Assembly: GCF_003991155.1 (NCBI RefSeq)
Contig: NZ_CP031293.1
Length of the DNA: 64,000 bases
Strand: one strand, 5' to 3'
Source of the DNA: Escherichia coli
GTDB taxonomy: Bacteria; Pseudomonadota; Gammaproteobacteria; Enterobacterales; Enterobacteriaceae
Shown here: in pieces, positions 46,432-57,002 of the stretch
Layout of the letters: the number at the start of each line of letters is the position of its first letter
How positions within the stretch are numbered: position 1 is the stretch's first letter
Made by a program: the position numbers and the translations under genes
Notes under the pieces: generated by a model
Told to the model about the DNA's origin: nothing
Databases searched by the model: none
The model's input: only the letters and a program-made list of their open reading frames with translations

Positions 46432-47819
46432 TGCAAATCGTCTCTGTCGATATTGGATCGACGTGGACCAAAGCAGCCCTCTTCGCCCGGGAGGGGGATG
46501 CGTTAACGTTGGTTAACCACGTACTGACCCCAACCACCACCCATCATCTGGCGAAGGGGTTTTTCTCCAGCCTGAACCTGGTGTTAAACGTAGATAATGC
46601 CCTCCCCCTGTTTAACAACGGTGAGGTTGCATTGAAGTATTCCTCCTCTGCCAAAGGTGGGCTGGCGGTTGCCGCAATGGGATTGGTGCCTTCTATCACC
46701 CTGGAAACCGCGAAAGTAACCGCTCACTCTGCGGGGGCTAAAATTGCGCAATATTACGCCTACAAGCTGAACCGCCGTGATATCCAGGCACTGGAAGAAA
46801 CGCAGCCCGATATTCTCTTGTTCACCGGCGGCACCGACGGCGGAGAAGAAAGCTACGGCCTGAATAACGCCCGTGTGCTGGCAGAATCCAAACTCGACTG
46901 CGCCATTATTTATGCCGGAAACCGGGATATTCAGGACGAGGTGCAGGAGATCCTAGGGCATAAAGACCTGACCATCGTCGACAACGTTCTGCCCGATCTT
47001 GACCATCCGAACCCTTTAGCTGCACGCCAGGCTATCTGCGACATATTCCTTAAACGCATCGTTAAAGGGAAAGGGCTGGATGTCGTTGTTGATAAAACAG
47101 GCGAAGAACCAATGCCGACACCGTGGACAGTCTTTGAACTGGTTAAGGCAATCAGTAATGTCGATCACAGCTGGAAAGAGTTCATGCTGATCGACATGGG
47201 TGGCGCAACCACCGATGTCTATTCCGCCTGTGCCAACACGCTCTCGCCCGACACCGTTTTACACGGCGTACCGGAACCCTTCGTGAAACGGACGGTGGAA
47301 GGCGATCTGGGAATGCGCGTCTCGGCAATGGTGGTTGGTGAAAGTGCGAAAGAGTTAGTCAATGTGAATTTTGCTCAGCAACCCGCACAGCTGGACGCTT
47401 TTTATCATTACCTCCGTCATCTAGTCGCTCATCCCGACTACTTACCCGCGAATGCAGAAGAAAAATATTTCGATACCGTCCTGGCCGGACTGTGTGTGGG
47501 TTATGCCACCGAAAGACATGCGGGCACCAAAAAAGAGGTCTGCACCTGCGTCGGCAATGTCGATTTACAGATGGGACGTGACCTGACAACCGTGCGTAAA
47601 GTCGTCGGATCCGGCGGATGGCTCTCGCGTGCCAGTCAGTTCGATATGCATCACTGGTTGAAATACCGCGAGTTAAACGACGACGGTAAACGCATTCTCT
47701 TACCGACCGAATTTGAATATTACCGCGATTCCCGGGGGCTATTACCACTGCTGGCAAACGTCGCCAGAGTCGATCCGCTGGCCGCCGCGCGCACCAGTAT
47801 TCAATGCTTAACCCTATAA
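46431..47819 (+). CDS. Glutamate mutase-associated protein L (MutL/GlmL-like, putative reactivase)
   Basis: 462 aa; start overlaps S-subunit stop (TGATG); position between S and E as in Clostridium. Confidence 0.8.
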   Translation: MQIVSVDIGSTWTKAALFAREGDALTLVNHVLTPTTTHHLAKGFFSSLNLVLNVDNALPLFNNGEVALKYSSSAKGGLAVAAMGLVPSITLETAKVTAHSAGAKIAQYYAYKLNRRDIQALEETQPDILLFTGGTDGGEESYGLNNARVLAESKLDCAIIYAGNRDIQDEVQEILGHKDLTIVDNVLPDLDHPNPLAARQAICDIFLKRIVKGKGLDVVVDKTGEEPMPTPWTVFELVKAISNVDHSWKEFMLIDMGGATTDVYSACANTLSPDTVLHGVPEPFVKRTVEGDLGMRVSAMVVGESAKELVNVNFAQQPAQLDAFYHYLRHLVAHPDYLPANAEEKYFDTVLAGLCVGYATERHAGTKKEVCTCVGNVDLQMGRDLTTVRKVVGSGGWLSRASQFDMHHWLKYRELNDDGKRILLPTEFEYYRDSRGLLPLLANVARVDPLAAARTSIQCLTL

Positions 47820-47837
47820 CAATTAAGGCTGCAATCA

Positions 47838-49283
47838 ATGGAACTTCGAAATAAGAAATTAACCCATGACGAATTCATGACCGAGCGGCAACAGGTACTG
47901 AAAACCTGGGAAACCGGCAAGGATGTTGAAAACTTTGAAGATGGCGTTAAATACCAACAAACCATTCCTGAGCATAAACGCTTCTCTCTTGCCCTGCTGA
48001 AAGCAGACAAGGAAGGTAAAACTCTTAGCCAACCGCGCGCAGGCGTGGCGCTGATGGACGAACACATCGAACTACTGAAAACACTACAAGAAGAGTGCGA
48101 TCTGCTGCCGAGCACCATCGATGCATATACCCGTCTGAATCGGTACGAAGAAGCGGCTGTAGGGATTAAAAAATCCATCGAAGCCGGAACCTCTAAACTG
48201 AACGGTTTACCGGTCGTTAACCACGGCGTCGCAGCTTGCCGTCGCCTCACCGAAACTCTGCAAAAACCGCTACAGATCCGCCACGGCACGCCAGATGCGC
48301 GTCTGCTGGCTGAAATCTCGATGGCCAGCGGCTTTACCAGTTATGAAGGCGGCGGCATTTCCTACAATATTCCGTATGCCAAGCGCGTAACGCTGGAAAA
48401 ATCGATCCGCGACTGGCAGTACTGCGACCGTTTAATGGGGATGTATGAAGAACACGGGATCCGCATCAACCGCGAACCGTTTGGCCCACTAACGGGTACC
48501 CTGATCCCGCCGTTTATCTCGCACTCTATCGCGATAATCGAAGGCTTGCTGGCGCTGGAACAGGGTGTGAAATCTATCACCGTTGGTTATGGACAGGTCG
48601 GCAGCCTGACGCAGGATGTTGCGGCGATCCAGTCTCTGCGTGAACTTGCACACGAATATTTTCAGAGCTATGGCTATACCGACTATGAATTAAGTACCGT
48701 GTTTCACCAGTGGATGGGCGGCTTTCCGGAAGACGAATCGAAAGCGTTCGCTATTATCTCCTGGGGCGCAGCCGTCGCGGGGATGTCTGGTGCCACCAAA
48801 GTCATCACCAAAAGTCCGCACGAAGCCTGGGGCATCCCGACTGCCGCTGCCAACATTCAGGGGCTGAAAGCCTCCCGCCAGATGCTCAACATGGTCAACG
48901 AGCAGAAATTCCCGCCGTGCCCTGCGGTTGAACTGGAAATTGAACTGATTAAGAGCGAGGTTCGCGCGGTACTGAATAAAGTGTTCGAACTGGGTAATGG
49001 TGATATTGCGCGCGGTACGGTGCTGGCATTTGAAGCGGGCGTACTGGATGTGCCGTTTGCGCCAGCCGCCTGCAACGCGGGCAAAATTCTTCCGGTCCGT
49101 GACAACACCGGCGCGATACGCGTACTGGAAGCCGGAGCCGTTCCATTGCCAAAAGATATTCTCGACCTCCACCACGATTACGTTGCGGAACGCGCACGCT
49201 TTGAAGGACGCCAACCGACATTCCAGATGGTTGTAGATGACATCAATGCTGTATCCCACAGTAAATTAATAGGAAGACCATAA
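47838..49283 (+). CDS. Glutamate mutase epsilon (E) catalytic subunit
   Basis: MELRNKKLTHDEFMTERQQVLKTWETGKDV closely matches clostridial GlmE/MutE N-terminus; 481 aa. Confidence 0.9.
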   Translation: MELRNKKLTHDEFMTERQQVLKTWETGKDVENFEDGVKYQQTIPEHKRFSLALLKADKEGKTLSQPRAGVALMDEHIELLKTLQEECDLLPSTIDAYTRLNRYEEAAVGIKKSIEAGTSKLNGLPVVNHGVAACRRLTETLQKPLQIRHGTPDARLLAEISMASGFTSYEGGGISYNIPYAKRVTLEKSIRDWQYCDRLMGMYEEHGIRINREPFGPLTGTLIPPFISHSIAIIEGLLALEQGVKSITVGYGQVGSLTQDVAAIQSLRELAHEYFQSYGYTDYELSTVFHQWMGGFPEDESKAFAIISWGAAVAGMSGATKVITKSPHEAWGIPTAAANIQGLKASRQMLNMVNEQKFPPCPAVELEIELIKSEVRAVLNKVFELGNGDIARGTVLAFEAGVLDVPFAPAACNAGKILPVRDNTGAIRVLEAGAVPLPKDILDLHHDYVAERARFEGRQPTFQMVVDDINAVSHSKLIGRP

Positions 49284-50524
49284 TGAAAATAAAACAGGCT
49301 CTGTTCACCGCTGGCTACTCCTCATTCTATTTCGATGACCAGCAGGCGATAAAAAACGGAGCGGGTCATGACGGCTTTTTTTATACCGGGGAGCCGGTAA
49401 CACAGGGGTTTAACGCCGTTCGTCAGGCCGGGGAGTGCGTATCAGTACAGTTGATTCTGGAAAACGGCTCGGTCGCCGTAGGTGACTGTGCTGCCGTACA
49501 GTATTCCGGGGCAGGTGGTCGCGATCCACTGTTCCTCGCTGAGCACTTTATTCCGTTCCTCAACGACCATATCAAGCCATTACTGGTAGGCCGCGATGTG
49601 GATGCTTTCCTGCCGAATGCCCGTTTCTTCGACAAATTGCGTATTGACGGCAACTTGCTGCATACCGCCGTGCGCTACGGATTATCACAGGCGCTGCTTG
49701 ATGCTACCGCGCTGGCAACCGGCCGTCTGAAAACTGAAGTAGTTTGCGATGAATGGCAGTTGCCACGCGTGGCGGAATCCATTCCATTATTTGGTCAGAG
49801 CGGGGACGATCGATATATCGCCGTCGATAAGATGATCCTTAAGGGCATCGACGTGCTGCCCCATGCACTGATTAATAACGTCGAAGAGAAACTGGGCTTT
49901 AAAGGTGAAAAACTGCGCGAATATGTCCGCTGGCTGTCGGATCGTATTCTGAGCAAGCGCACCAGCGCACGCTACCACCCTACCCTGCACATCGATGTAT
50001 ACGGCACTATCGGTCTGATCTTCGATATGGATCCGCTTCGCTGTGCGCAATACATCGCCAGCCTGGAAAAAGAAGCGCAAGGCCTGCCGCTCTACATTGA
50101 AGGGCCGGTCGATGCCGGTAACAAGCCCGATCAAATTCGCCTGCTGACCGCGATTACCAAAGAGCTGACGCGCCTCGGTTCCGGCGTGAAAATTGTGGCC
50201 GATGAATGGTGTAACACCTACCAGGATATTGTTGATTTCACTGATGCCGCCAGTTGTCACATGGTGCAAATCAAAACCCCGGATCTGGGCAGTATTCACA
50301 ACATCGTCGATGCGGTTCTTTACTGCAACAGCCACAGCATGGAAGCGTACCAGGGCGGCACCTGCAATGAAACTGATGTCAGTGCCCGCACCTGTGTCCA
50401 CGTCGCCCTTGCCGCTCGCCCTATGCGTATGCTGGTAAAGCCAGGGATGGGCTTTGACGAAGGCCTCGATATCGTCTTCAACGAAATGAATCGTACTATC
50501 GCGCTGTTGCAGGCTAAGGATTAA
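49283..50524 (+). CDS. 3-methylaspartate ammonia-lyase (beta-methylaspartase)
   Basis: MKIKQALFTAGYSSFYFDDQQAIKNGAGHDGF..DCAAVQYSGAGGRDPLF matches clostridial methylaspartase; start overlaps E-subunit stop. Confidence 0.92.
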   Translation: MKIKQALFTAGYSSFYFDDQQAIKNGAGHDGFFYTGEPVTQGFNAVRQAGECVSVQLILENGSVAVGDCAAVQYSGAGGRDPLFLAEHFIPFLNDHIKPLLVGRDVDAFLPNARFFDKLRIDGNLLHTAVRYGLSQALLDATALATGRLKTEVVCDEWQLPRVAESIPLFGQSGDDRYIAVDKMILKGIDVLPHALINNVEEKLGFKGEKLREYVRWLSDRILSKRTSARYHPTLHIDVYGTIGLIFDMDPLRCAQYIASLEKEAQGLPLYIEGPVDAGNKPDQIRLLTAITKELTRLGSGVKIVADEWCNTYQDIVDFTDAASCHMVQIKTPDLGSIHNIVDAVLYCNSHSMEAYQGGTCNETDVSARTCVHVALAARPMRMLVKPGMGFDEGLDIVFNEMNRTIALLQAKD

Positions 50525-50527
50525 CAA

Positions 50528-51898
50528 ATGGCTCGTTCTTTTAAAGTCTTATCGCCAACGGCAATCCTCGGGTATGGATTCCCGGAAGAGAGCTTCCGCA
50601 AAGCGATGGCAGAATCGCCCGATCTGATCGCCGTTGATGCAGGCTCTTCCGATCCTGGCCCCCACTACCTCGGAGCGGGCAAACCGTTTACCGATCGCGC
50701 AGGGGTCAAGCGCGATCTGCGCTATATGATCACCGCAGGCGTGCAAAATAATATACCGGTGGTGATCGGAACAGCTGGCGGTTCTGGTGCCGCACCACAC
50801 CTGGAGTGGTGCCGAGAAATAATTCATGAGATTGCCCGGGAAGAGCGACTCGTGTTCTCGATGGCGCTGATCCCGGCAGACGTTGACAAAGCCATCGTCC
50901 ACCAGGCGCTGGATAACGGCAAAATCACGGCGCTGGATTTTGTCCCGCCGTTAACCCACGACGCGATTGACGAAAGTACGTATATCGTTGCGCAAATGGG
51001 CATCGAACCCTTCCAGCGGGCGCTGAAAGAAGGCGCGCAAGTGGTGCTGGGCGGGCGCGCTTACGACCCGGCCTGCTTTGCTGCGCTCCCGATCATGCAA
51101 GGCTTTGATGAAGGTCTGGCGCTGCATTGTGGGAAAATCCTTGAATGCGCGGCAATCGCCGCAACGCCCGGCTCAGGCTCTGACTGTGCGATGGGCATCA
51201 TTGATGACAACGGCTTTACGCTGAAGACATTTAATCCGAAGCGTAAATTTACCGAAACGTCAGCGGCTGCACACACACTGTATGAGAAATCCGATCCCTA
51301 CTTCCTGCCTGGACCTGGCGGCGTGTTGAACCTGAAAGGCTGCACATTTAAAGCGGTCAATGACGGCGAAGTGTACGTCAGCGGTTCTAAGCATGAAGAA
51401 ACGCCGTATGCCCTGAAACTGGAAGGTGCGCGACGGGTGGGCTTCCGCTGTCTGACCATCGCAGGAACGCGCGACCCGATCATGATCGCCGGGATCGATA
51501 AAATCATCGATGAAGTCAAAACCAGCGTTTCACGTAACCTGTCGCTCGACGATGACAGCATTCGCATCAATTTCCACCTGTACGGCAAAAACGGGGTGAT
51601 GGGCGACCATGAACCGATGCAAACTGCCGGGCATGAGCTGGGGATTGTCCTTGATGTAGTTGCACCGACCCAGGAAATTGCCAATAGCGTTTGCTCGCTG
51701 GTGCGCTCTACCATGCTGCACTACGGCTATGAAAACCGCATCGCTACCGCAGGCAATCTGGCGTTCCCGTTCTCCCCTTCTGATATCCAGGGCGGGCCGG
51801 TATACGAATTTTCCATATATCACCTGATTGAAGCCAACGACGCTCTGCGTTTTGATTTCCATATTGAACAGGTGACGCCAGAAGGAGTTCAGGCATGA
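50528..51898 (+). CDS. DUF1446-like (AtuA-like) protein of unknown function
   Basis: 456 aa; N-terminus ...VLSPTAILGYGFPEE resembles the DUF1446 family by recall; 3 nt after methylaspartase stop. Confidence 0.65.
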   Translation: MARSFKVLSPTAILGYGFPEESFRKAMAESPDLIAVDAGSSDPGPHYLGAGKPFTDRAGVKRDLRYMITAGVQNNIPVVIGTAGGSGAAPHLEWCREIIHEIAREERLVFSMALIPADVDKAIVHQALDNGKITALDFVPPLTHDAIDESTYIVAQMGIEPFQRALKEGAQVVLGGRAYDPACFAALPIMQGFDEGLALHCGKILECAAIAATPGSGSDCAMGIIDDNGFTLKTFNPKRKFTETSAAAHTLYEKSDPYFLPGPGGVLNLKGCTFKAVNDGEVYVSGSKHEETPYALKLEGARRVGFRCLTIAGTRDPIMIAGIDKIIDEVKTSVSRNLSLDDDSIRINFHLYGKNGVMGDHEPMQTAGHELGIVLDVVAPTQEIANSVCSLVRSTMLHYGYENRIATAGNLAFPFSPSDIQGGPVYEFSIYHLIEANDALRFDFHIEQVTPEGVQA

Positions 51899-52212
51899 AA
51901 CAGTCAATTGTCTCACTGGCGCAAGTCATTCGTTCGAAAAATGCCGGACCTTACGAACTGGTTTTAGATATTTTATTTAAAACGAAAGAAAACTATGAGC
52001 GAGTTAAATCATCAGGGCAATTAACCCCAGAACTGATTGCGCGCTTATATCATGTTGAACCTGACTTTATTCACCGTATTGTCTGGTTTGATCCTTCTAA
52101 CGCAGTAAAAATCGTCATGCCACGAGATATTATCTCCGGGAATGTAGGTGACAATGATGTCTATGGTGCACAGCAACATGCACCTTTATTAAATATGAGT
52201 TTCGATTTGTAA
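51895..52212 (+). CDS. DUF4387-like small protein (usual partner of DUF1446)
   Basis: 105 aa; ATG overlaps upstream stop (ATGA); family assignment by recall. Confidence 0.6.
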   Translation: MKQSIVSLAQVIRSKNAGPYELVLDILFKTKENYERVKSSGQLTPELIARLYHVEPDFIHRIVWFDPSNAVKIVMPRDIISGNVGDNDVYGAQQHAPLLNMSFDL

Positions 52213-52372
52213 AAATCCGAATACTTTTAGCCAACTGACATCCCGTCACTTATTGCAGTTCAACACTTCAGCTATTTGTAAGGTTGTAATAGCAGGTAGA
52301 TGCCTGAATCTCTATTCAGGCATCTACTTCTCCTGATTCTGATTTATCGCCGTGCACCTGATGGAGGAAAAA

Positions 52373-53653
52373 ATGAAGAAAATAAGTTTAACCACGATGA
52401 TTCTTTTGGCGCTGGTACTTGGAATGATTATCGGCGTAGTGCTCAATAACACTGCTTCACCGGAAACCGCAAAACTCTATGCGCAAGAAATATCGATATT
52501 CACGACGATTTTCTTACGACTGATAAAAATGATTATCGCTCCGTTAGTGGTCTCTACCCTGGTGGTAGGTATAGCTAAAATGGGAGATGCCAAAGCCCTT
52601 GGTCGTATTTTTTCTAAAACACTCTTTTTATTTATTTGCGCCTCATTGCTGTCAATTGCCTTAGGCTTGATAACGGTAAATTTCTTCATGCCAGGCACAG
52701 GAATTAATTTTGTTGCACACGGTGCCGAAACCACCGGAGTGGTCGCGTCAGAACCCTTTACACTAAAAGTATTTATTTCGCATGCTTTCCCCACCAGCAT
52801 TGTCGATGCCATGGCACACAATGAAATTTTGCAAATCGTGGTGTTCTCAATTTTCCTCGGCTGTAGCCTGACGGCGATTGGTGAGAAAGGCAGCGCCATC
52901 GTTCACGCCTTAGATTCGCTGGCACATGCCATGTTAAAGCTCACTGGCTACGTCATGCTCTTCGCTCCCCTGACCGTATTCGCCGCTATTTCAGCATTGA
53001 TTGCTGAACGAGGACTGGCAGTTATGGTGAGCGCCGGGATCTTTATGGGTGAATTTTATTTCACCATGTTGTTACTTTGGGTGCTGCTTATCGGTCTGGC
53101 CATCGTTTATGTCGGCCCCTGCATCAGACGCCTGACCCGTGCCCTTTCGGAACCCGCCCTGCTGGCATTTACCACATCCAGTTCTGAAGCGGCTTTTCCG
53201 GGAACGCTTGAAAAACTGGAGCAATTTGGCGTTTCCCCCAAAATTGCCAGCTTTGTCTTACCCATTGGCTACTCATTTAATCTCGTTGGATCAATGGCCT
53301 ACTGCTCCTTCGCCACAGTTTTCATCGCCCAGGCCTGCAATATCCATTTATCCATCGGTGAGCAAATCACCATGCTGTTGATCCTGATGTTGACCTCGAA
53401 AGGAATGGCTGGCGTACCACGCGCCTCAATGGTGGTTATCGCCGCCACGCTCAACCAGTTCAATATTCCGGAAGCGGGGCTGATCTTGCTGATGGGCGTT
53501 GATCCGTTCCTTGATATGGGGCGTTCCGCGACAAACGTCATGAGCAACGCAATGGGCGCTGCGATGGTGAGTCGGTGGGAAGGCGAACATTTCGGCGAGG
53601 GCTGTCGGGGTAAAGCATTAAAACCCAATGAATCGAACGTTGCTCTGCCCTGA
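52373..53653 (+). CDS. Dicarboxylate/amino acid:cation symporter (DAACS, GltP-like)
   Basis: 426 aa polytopic protein; ggagg RBS before ATG 52373; ORF track start 52352 is an extension. Confidence 0.8.
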   Translation: MKKISLTTMILLALVLGMIIGVVLNNTASPETAKLYAQEISIFTTIFLRLIKMIIAPLVVSTLVVGIAKMGDAKALGRIFSKTLFLFICASLLSIALGLITVNFFMPGTGINFVAHGAETTGVVASEPFTLKVFISHAFPTSIVDAMAHNEILQIVVFSIFLGCSLTAIGEKGSAIVHALDSLAHAMLKLTGYVMLFAPLTVFAAISALIAERGLAVMVSAGIFMGEFYFTMLLLWVLLIGLAIVYVGPCIRRLTRALSEPALLAFTTSSSEAAFPGTLEKLEQFGVSPKIASFVLPIGYSFNLVGSMAYCSFATVFIAQACNIHLSIGEQITMLLILMLTSKGMAGVPRASMVVIAATLNQFNIPEAGLILLMGVDPFLDMGRSATNVMSNAMGAAMVSRWEGEHFGEGCRGKALKPNESNVALP

Positions 53654-53760
53654 GGGGGATCTTAAGCAATCAGAAGCCAATGACTACGCATTTTTATAAG
53701 CCGGATCATGAAGTTAGACGGCAATTAAGTAAAACTAACGTTTAAGGTGAAAAGTGAAAT

Positions 53761-55413
53761 ATGTCCAAACCATTTATCTGGCAAGAACCGTTTCTACAAA
53801 ATAAAGACGGTACAGAATATACATTAATTAGCGATCAACATATTACAGTAACGGAATTAGACGGCGAAGAAGTGATAAAAATCGCTCCTGAAGCATTAAC
53901 GCTGCTTGCCCGGCAGGCATTTTATGAAGCCTCTTTTTTCTTACGTTCCGCTCATTTGCAACAGGTCGCCAGCATTCTTAACGATCCGCACGCCAGTAGT
54001 AATGATAAATACGTTGCGTTGCAGTTATTACGTAATGCTGAAGTCTCAGCAAAAGGGGTATTACCCAACTGTCAGGATACCGGCACCGCAACTATTGTTG
54101 CCAGTAAAGGGCAACAGATATGGACCGGAGGTAACGACGCTGAAGCCTTAAGCAAAGGCATTTACACCACTTTTCAGGAAAATAATCTGCGCTTTTCACA
54201 AAATGCGCCACTGGATATGTATACCGAAGTCAATACGCAAACCAATCTACCGGCGCAGATTGATATCAGCGCCGTCGCTGGTGATGAGTACCATTTTCTC
54301 TGTATTAATAAAGGGGGCGGCTCTGCCAATAAAGCCGCGCTTTATCAGGAAACCAAATCCCTATTGCAACCAGAAAAACTGACCGCATTTTTAATCGAAA
54401 AAATGAAATCGCTGGGCACCGCTGCCTGCCCGCCTTACCACATCGCCTTTGTCGTCGGAGGGCTTTCAGCCGATCAAACCTTAAAAGTTGCCAAGCTGGC
54501 CTCAACGAAATATTACGACAATTTGCCCACCAGCGGAAACGAGCAAGGACAAGCATTCCGTGATATTGAGCTGGAAAAAGTATTGCTCGAGGCCAGTCAG
54601 CAATTTGGTATTGGTGCGCAATTTGGGGGTAAATATTTCGCTCATGATATTCGCGTCATTCGTCTGCCGCGTCACGGTGGCTCTTGCCCGATAGCTATGG
54701 CGCTCTCCTGTTCTGCGGATCGCAATATCAAAGCAAAAATTAACAAGCACGGTATCTGGCTGGAAAAACTCGAACACAATCCGGGGCAATATATTCCAGC
54801 CTCACTGCGGGAAGAAAATCACGCGCAACATGTACAGCTGGATCTAAACCGTCCGTTGCGTGACGTGATGCAGGATCTCGCCAGATTACCGGTAGGCACC
54901 CGCGTGTCGTTAAGTGGTCCCATCGTAGTGGCGCGCGATATCGCCCACGCCAAAATAAAAGCGCGGCTGGATAGCGGCGAACCGATGCCGGATTACCTGA
55001 AGCATCATATTGTCTATTACGCTGGCCCGGCGAAAACACCGGAGAACATGGCCTGCGGTTCACTGGGTCCAACCACGGGCGGTCGAATGGACGGTTATGT
55101 CGATACCTTCCAGGCGGCTGGCGGCAGTCTGGTGATGTTATCGAAAGGTAACCGCAGCCAGCAGGTCACCGATGCCTGTCACAAACATGGCGGCTTCAAT
55201 CTGGGGAGTATTGGCGGTGCAGCTGCGTTACTGGCGCAAGAATATGTCAAAAGTCTGCGTTGCCTGGAATACCCGGAGCTGGGTATGGAAGCGGTGTGGA
55301 TGATGGAAGTGGAAAATTTACCCGCATTCATCCTGGTAGATGATAAAGGCAATAATTTCTTTAGTCAGTTTGAGCAGCAACACCGCTGCGCCAGTTGCCC
55401 TGCGGGACATTAA
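53761..55413 (+). CDS. fumD: Class I (Fe-S) fumarate hydratase-family enzyme, probable mesaconase
   Basis: 550 aa, FumA/FumB-like along full length; context with methylaspartase suggests mesaconate hydration; symbol follows the name used for the E. coli O157:H7 enzyme (recalled, not verified). Confidence 0.8.
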   Translation: MSKPFIWQEPFLQNKDGTEYTLISDQHITVTELDGEEVIKIAPEALTLLARQAFYEASFFLRSAHLQQVASILNDPHASSNDKYVALQLLRNAEVSAKGVLPNCQDTGTATIVASKGQQIWTGGNDAEALSKGIYTTFQENNLRFSQNAPLDMYTEVNTQTNLPAQIDISAVAGDEYHFLCINKGGGSANKAALYQETKSLLQPEKLTAFLIEKMKSLGTAACPPYHIAFVVGGLSADQTLKVAKLASTKYYDNLPTSGNEQGQAFRDIELEKVLLEASQQFGIGAQFGGKYFAHDIRVIRLPRHGGSCPIAMALSCSADRNIKAKINKHGIWLEKLEHNPGQYIPASLREENHAQHVQLDLNRPLRDVMQDLARLPVGTRVSLSGPIVVARDIAHAKIKARLDSGEPMPDYLKHHIVYYAGPAKTPENMACGSLGPTTGGRMDGYVDTFQAAGGSLVMLSKGNRSQQVTDACHKHGGFNLGSIGGAAALLAQEYVKSLRCLEYPELGMEAVWMMEVENLPAFILVDDKGNNFFSQFEQQHRCASCPAGH

Positions 55414-55422
55414 GGAAAATGA

Positions 55423-56025
55423 ATGGAAGCGCGAATTTCAACTGAACGGCATGTGCAGCGCCAGCAGAAATTGAAGGAACAGGTCGATACGCGCGTCGCG
55501 GCGGCGATAGAGAAAAAAGGGATTTTGATTGTTTTCACCGGCAACGGCAAAGGGAAATCCACTGCCGCGTTTGGTACTGTGACGCGCGCGGTGGGTCATG
55601 GCAAAACGGTGGGGGTTGCGCAGTACATCAAGGGGCAATGGGACAACGGCGAATACAACCTTCTCCAACCGCTGGGGGTTGAGTTTCATATTATGGGAAC
55701 CGGTTTTACCTGGGAGACACAGAACCGGCAAGCGGATATCGACGCGGCGAAAGAGGTCTGGTCGGAAAGCAAACGGATGCTGGCTGACAAGCGTTACGAC
55801 TTAGTGGTGCTTGATGAGCTGACCTATATGCTGGCTTACCATTATCTGGACACCGAAGAAGTGATCGCTTCTCTGCAAAACCGCCCGGCACAACAAAGTG
55901 TCATTGTCACCGGACGCGGTTGCCACAGTCAGATATTAAAAATGGCGGATACGGTCAGCGAAATCCGCCCCGTCAAACATGCTTTTGATAACGGCATTCA
56001 GGCGCAGCCGGGTATCGACTGGTAA
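55423..56025 (+). CDS. Cob(I)alamin adenosyltransferase (BtuR/CobA/CobO family)
   Basis: 200 aa; P-loop GNGKGKST; 9 nt downstream of the hydratase. Confidence 0.85.
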   Translation: MEARISTERHVQRQQKLKEQVDTRVAAAIEKKGILIVFTGNGKGKSTAAFGTVTRAVGHGKTVGVAQYIKGQWDNGEYNLLQPLGVEFHIMGTGFTWETQNRQADIDAAKEVWSESKRMLADKRYDLVVLDELTYMLAYHYLDTEEVIASLQNRPAQQSVIVTGRGCHSQILKMADTVSEIRPVKHAFDNGIQAQPGIDW

Positions 56026-56058
56026 TAACTGCGCCTGGCATCCCGCCAGGCGCAGGTT

Positions 56059-56964
56059 TTACATCTCCTGCGGTACGACCGATTTCGCCAGCAACCATTC
56101 ACGAAATTGCTGCAAGTGCGGTGAGTCAGACTTCTCTTCCTGCCACGTCATAATAAAACGATTACCGGTACGAATAGGCACATCACAGGGAATCACCATA
56201 TCGCCACTATCCAAATCATGTTGAATAGCGAACCGTGGTAACAGCGCCACGCCGAGATTAGAGCGCACGGCGGCAATCAGCATTGAAAGCAAATCGAAAC
56301 GTGGTCCGTTATTGACCAGCGGACTGCTAACGCCAGATAAAGCAAACCACTCTTCCCAGCCAGTAATACGGGTGCTTTGATGCAGAAGTGGTAACTCAGT
56401 AAGCAGTTCTGCCACTGACAGTTTTTGATCGGACATTGCAAGCAAACTGCCGCTGCATACCGGCAAAATCTCCTCATCAAAGAGATATTCTACTTCCGCC
56501 CAGGGCGCGCAAAAATTTTCGCGCATAATGACAGCATCGTACTCCCGATTAAGAAAATCGCCGTTATTAGCTAAAGAATGAATATTAACAATAATATCGG
56601 GATGTAACTTTGTGAATTCATGTAAATTTGGGATTAACCAGTGGGTACTAAAAGTAGGATTAACGGCAAGTTCAATAACCTGAACCGTAGGCTGCCAGGT
56701 CATAATGGTATTGGTATCGCGTTCCAGCTTATTTAATGTTTCTTTTACTATCCCCAGGTAATACTTCCCTGCATCATTAAGAAAAATGCGTTTTTTAGAG
56801 TGTGAAAATAACGGAGTACGTAAAAATTCCTCCAGCGCACTTACTTGTCTGAATACTGCACTTTGGGTTAACGCTAACTCCTCTGCCGCTCTGGTATAAC
56901 TTTCATGACGTGCGACGACCTCAAAAGTCACCAGCAGTTCCGTTTTAGGTATTTTTCCTCGCAT
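56059..56964 (-). CDS. LysR-family transcriptional regulator
   Basis: 301 aa; N-terminal HTH FEVVARHESYTRAAEELALTQSAVFRQVSALE. Confidence 0.85.
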   Translation of the reverse strand: MRGKIPKTELLVTFEVVARHESYTRAAEELALTQSAVFRQVSALEEFLRTPLFSHSKKRIFLNDAGKYYLGIVKETLNKLERDTNTIMTWQPTVQVIELAVNPTFSTHWLIPNLHEFTKLHPDIIVNIHSLANNGDFLNREYDAVIMRENFCAPWAEVEYLFDEEILPVCSGSLLAMSDQKLSVAELLTELPLLHQSTRITGWEEWFALSGVSSPLVNNGPRFDLLSMLIAAVRSNLGVALLPRFAIQHDLDSGDMVIPCDVPIRTGNRFIMTWQEEKSDSPHLQQFREWLLAKSVVPQEM

Positions 56965-57002
56965 AATGCCTTCCCTTAAAAATAGTTGAAACTATCAAAA
57001 AA

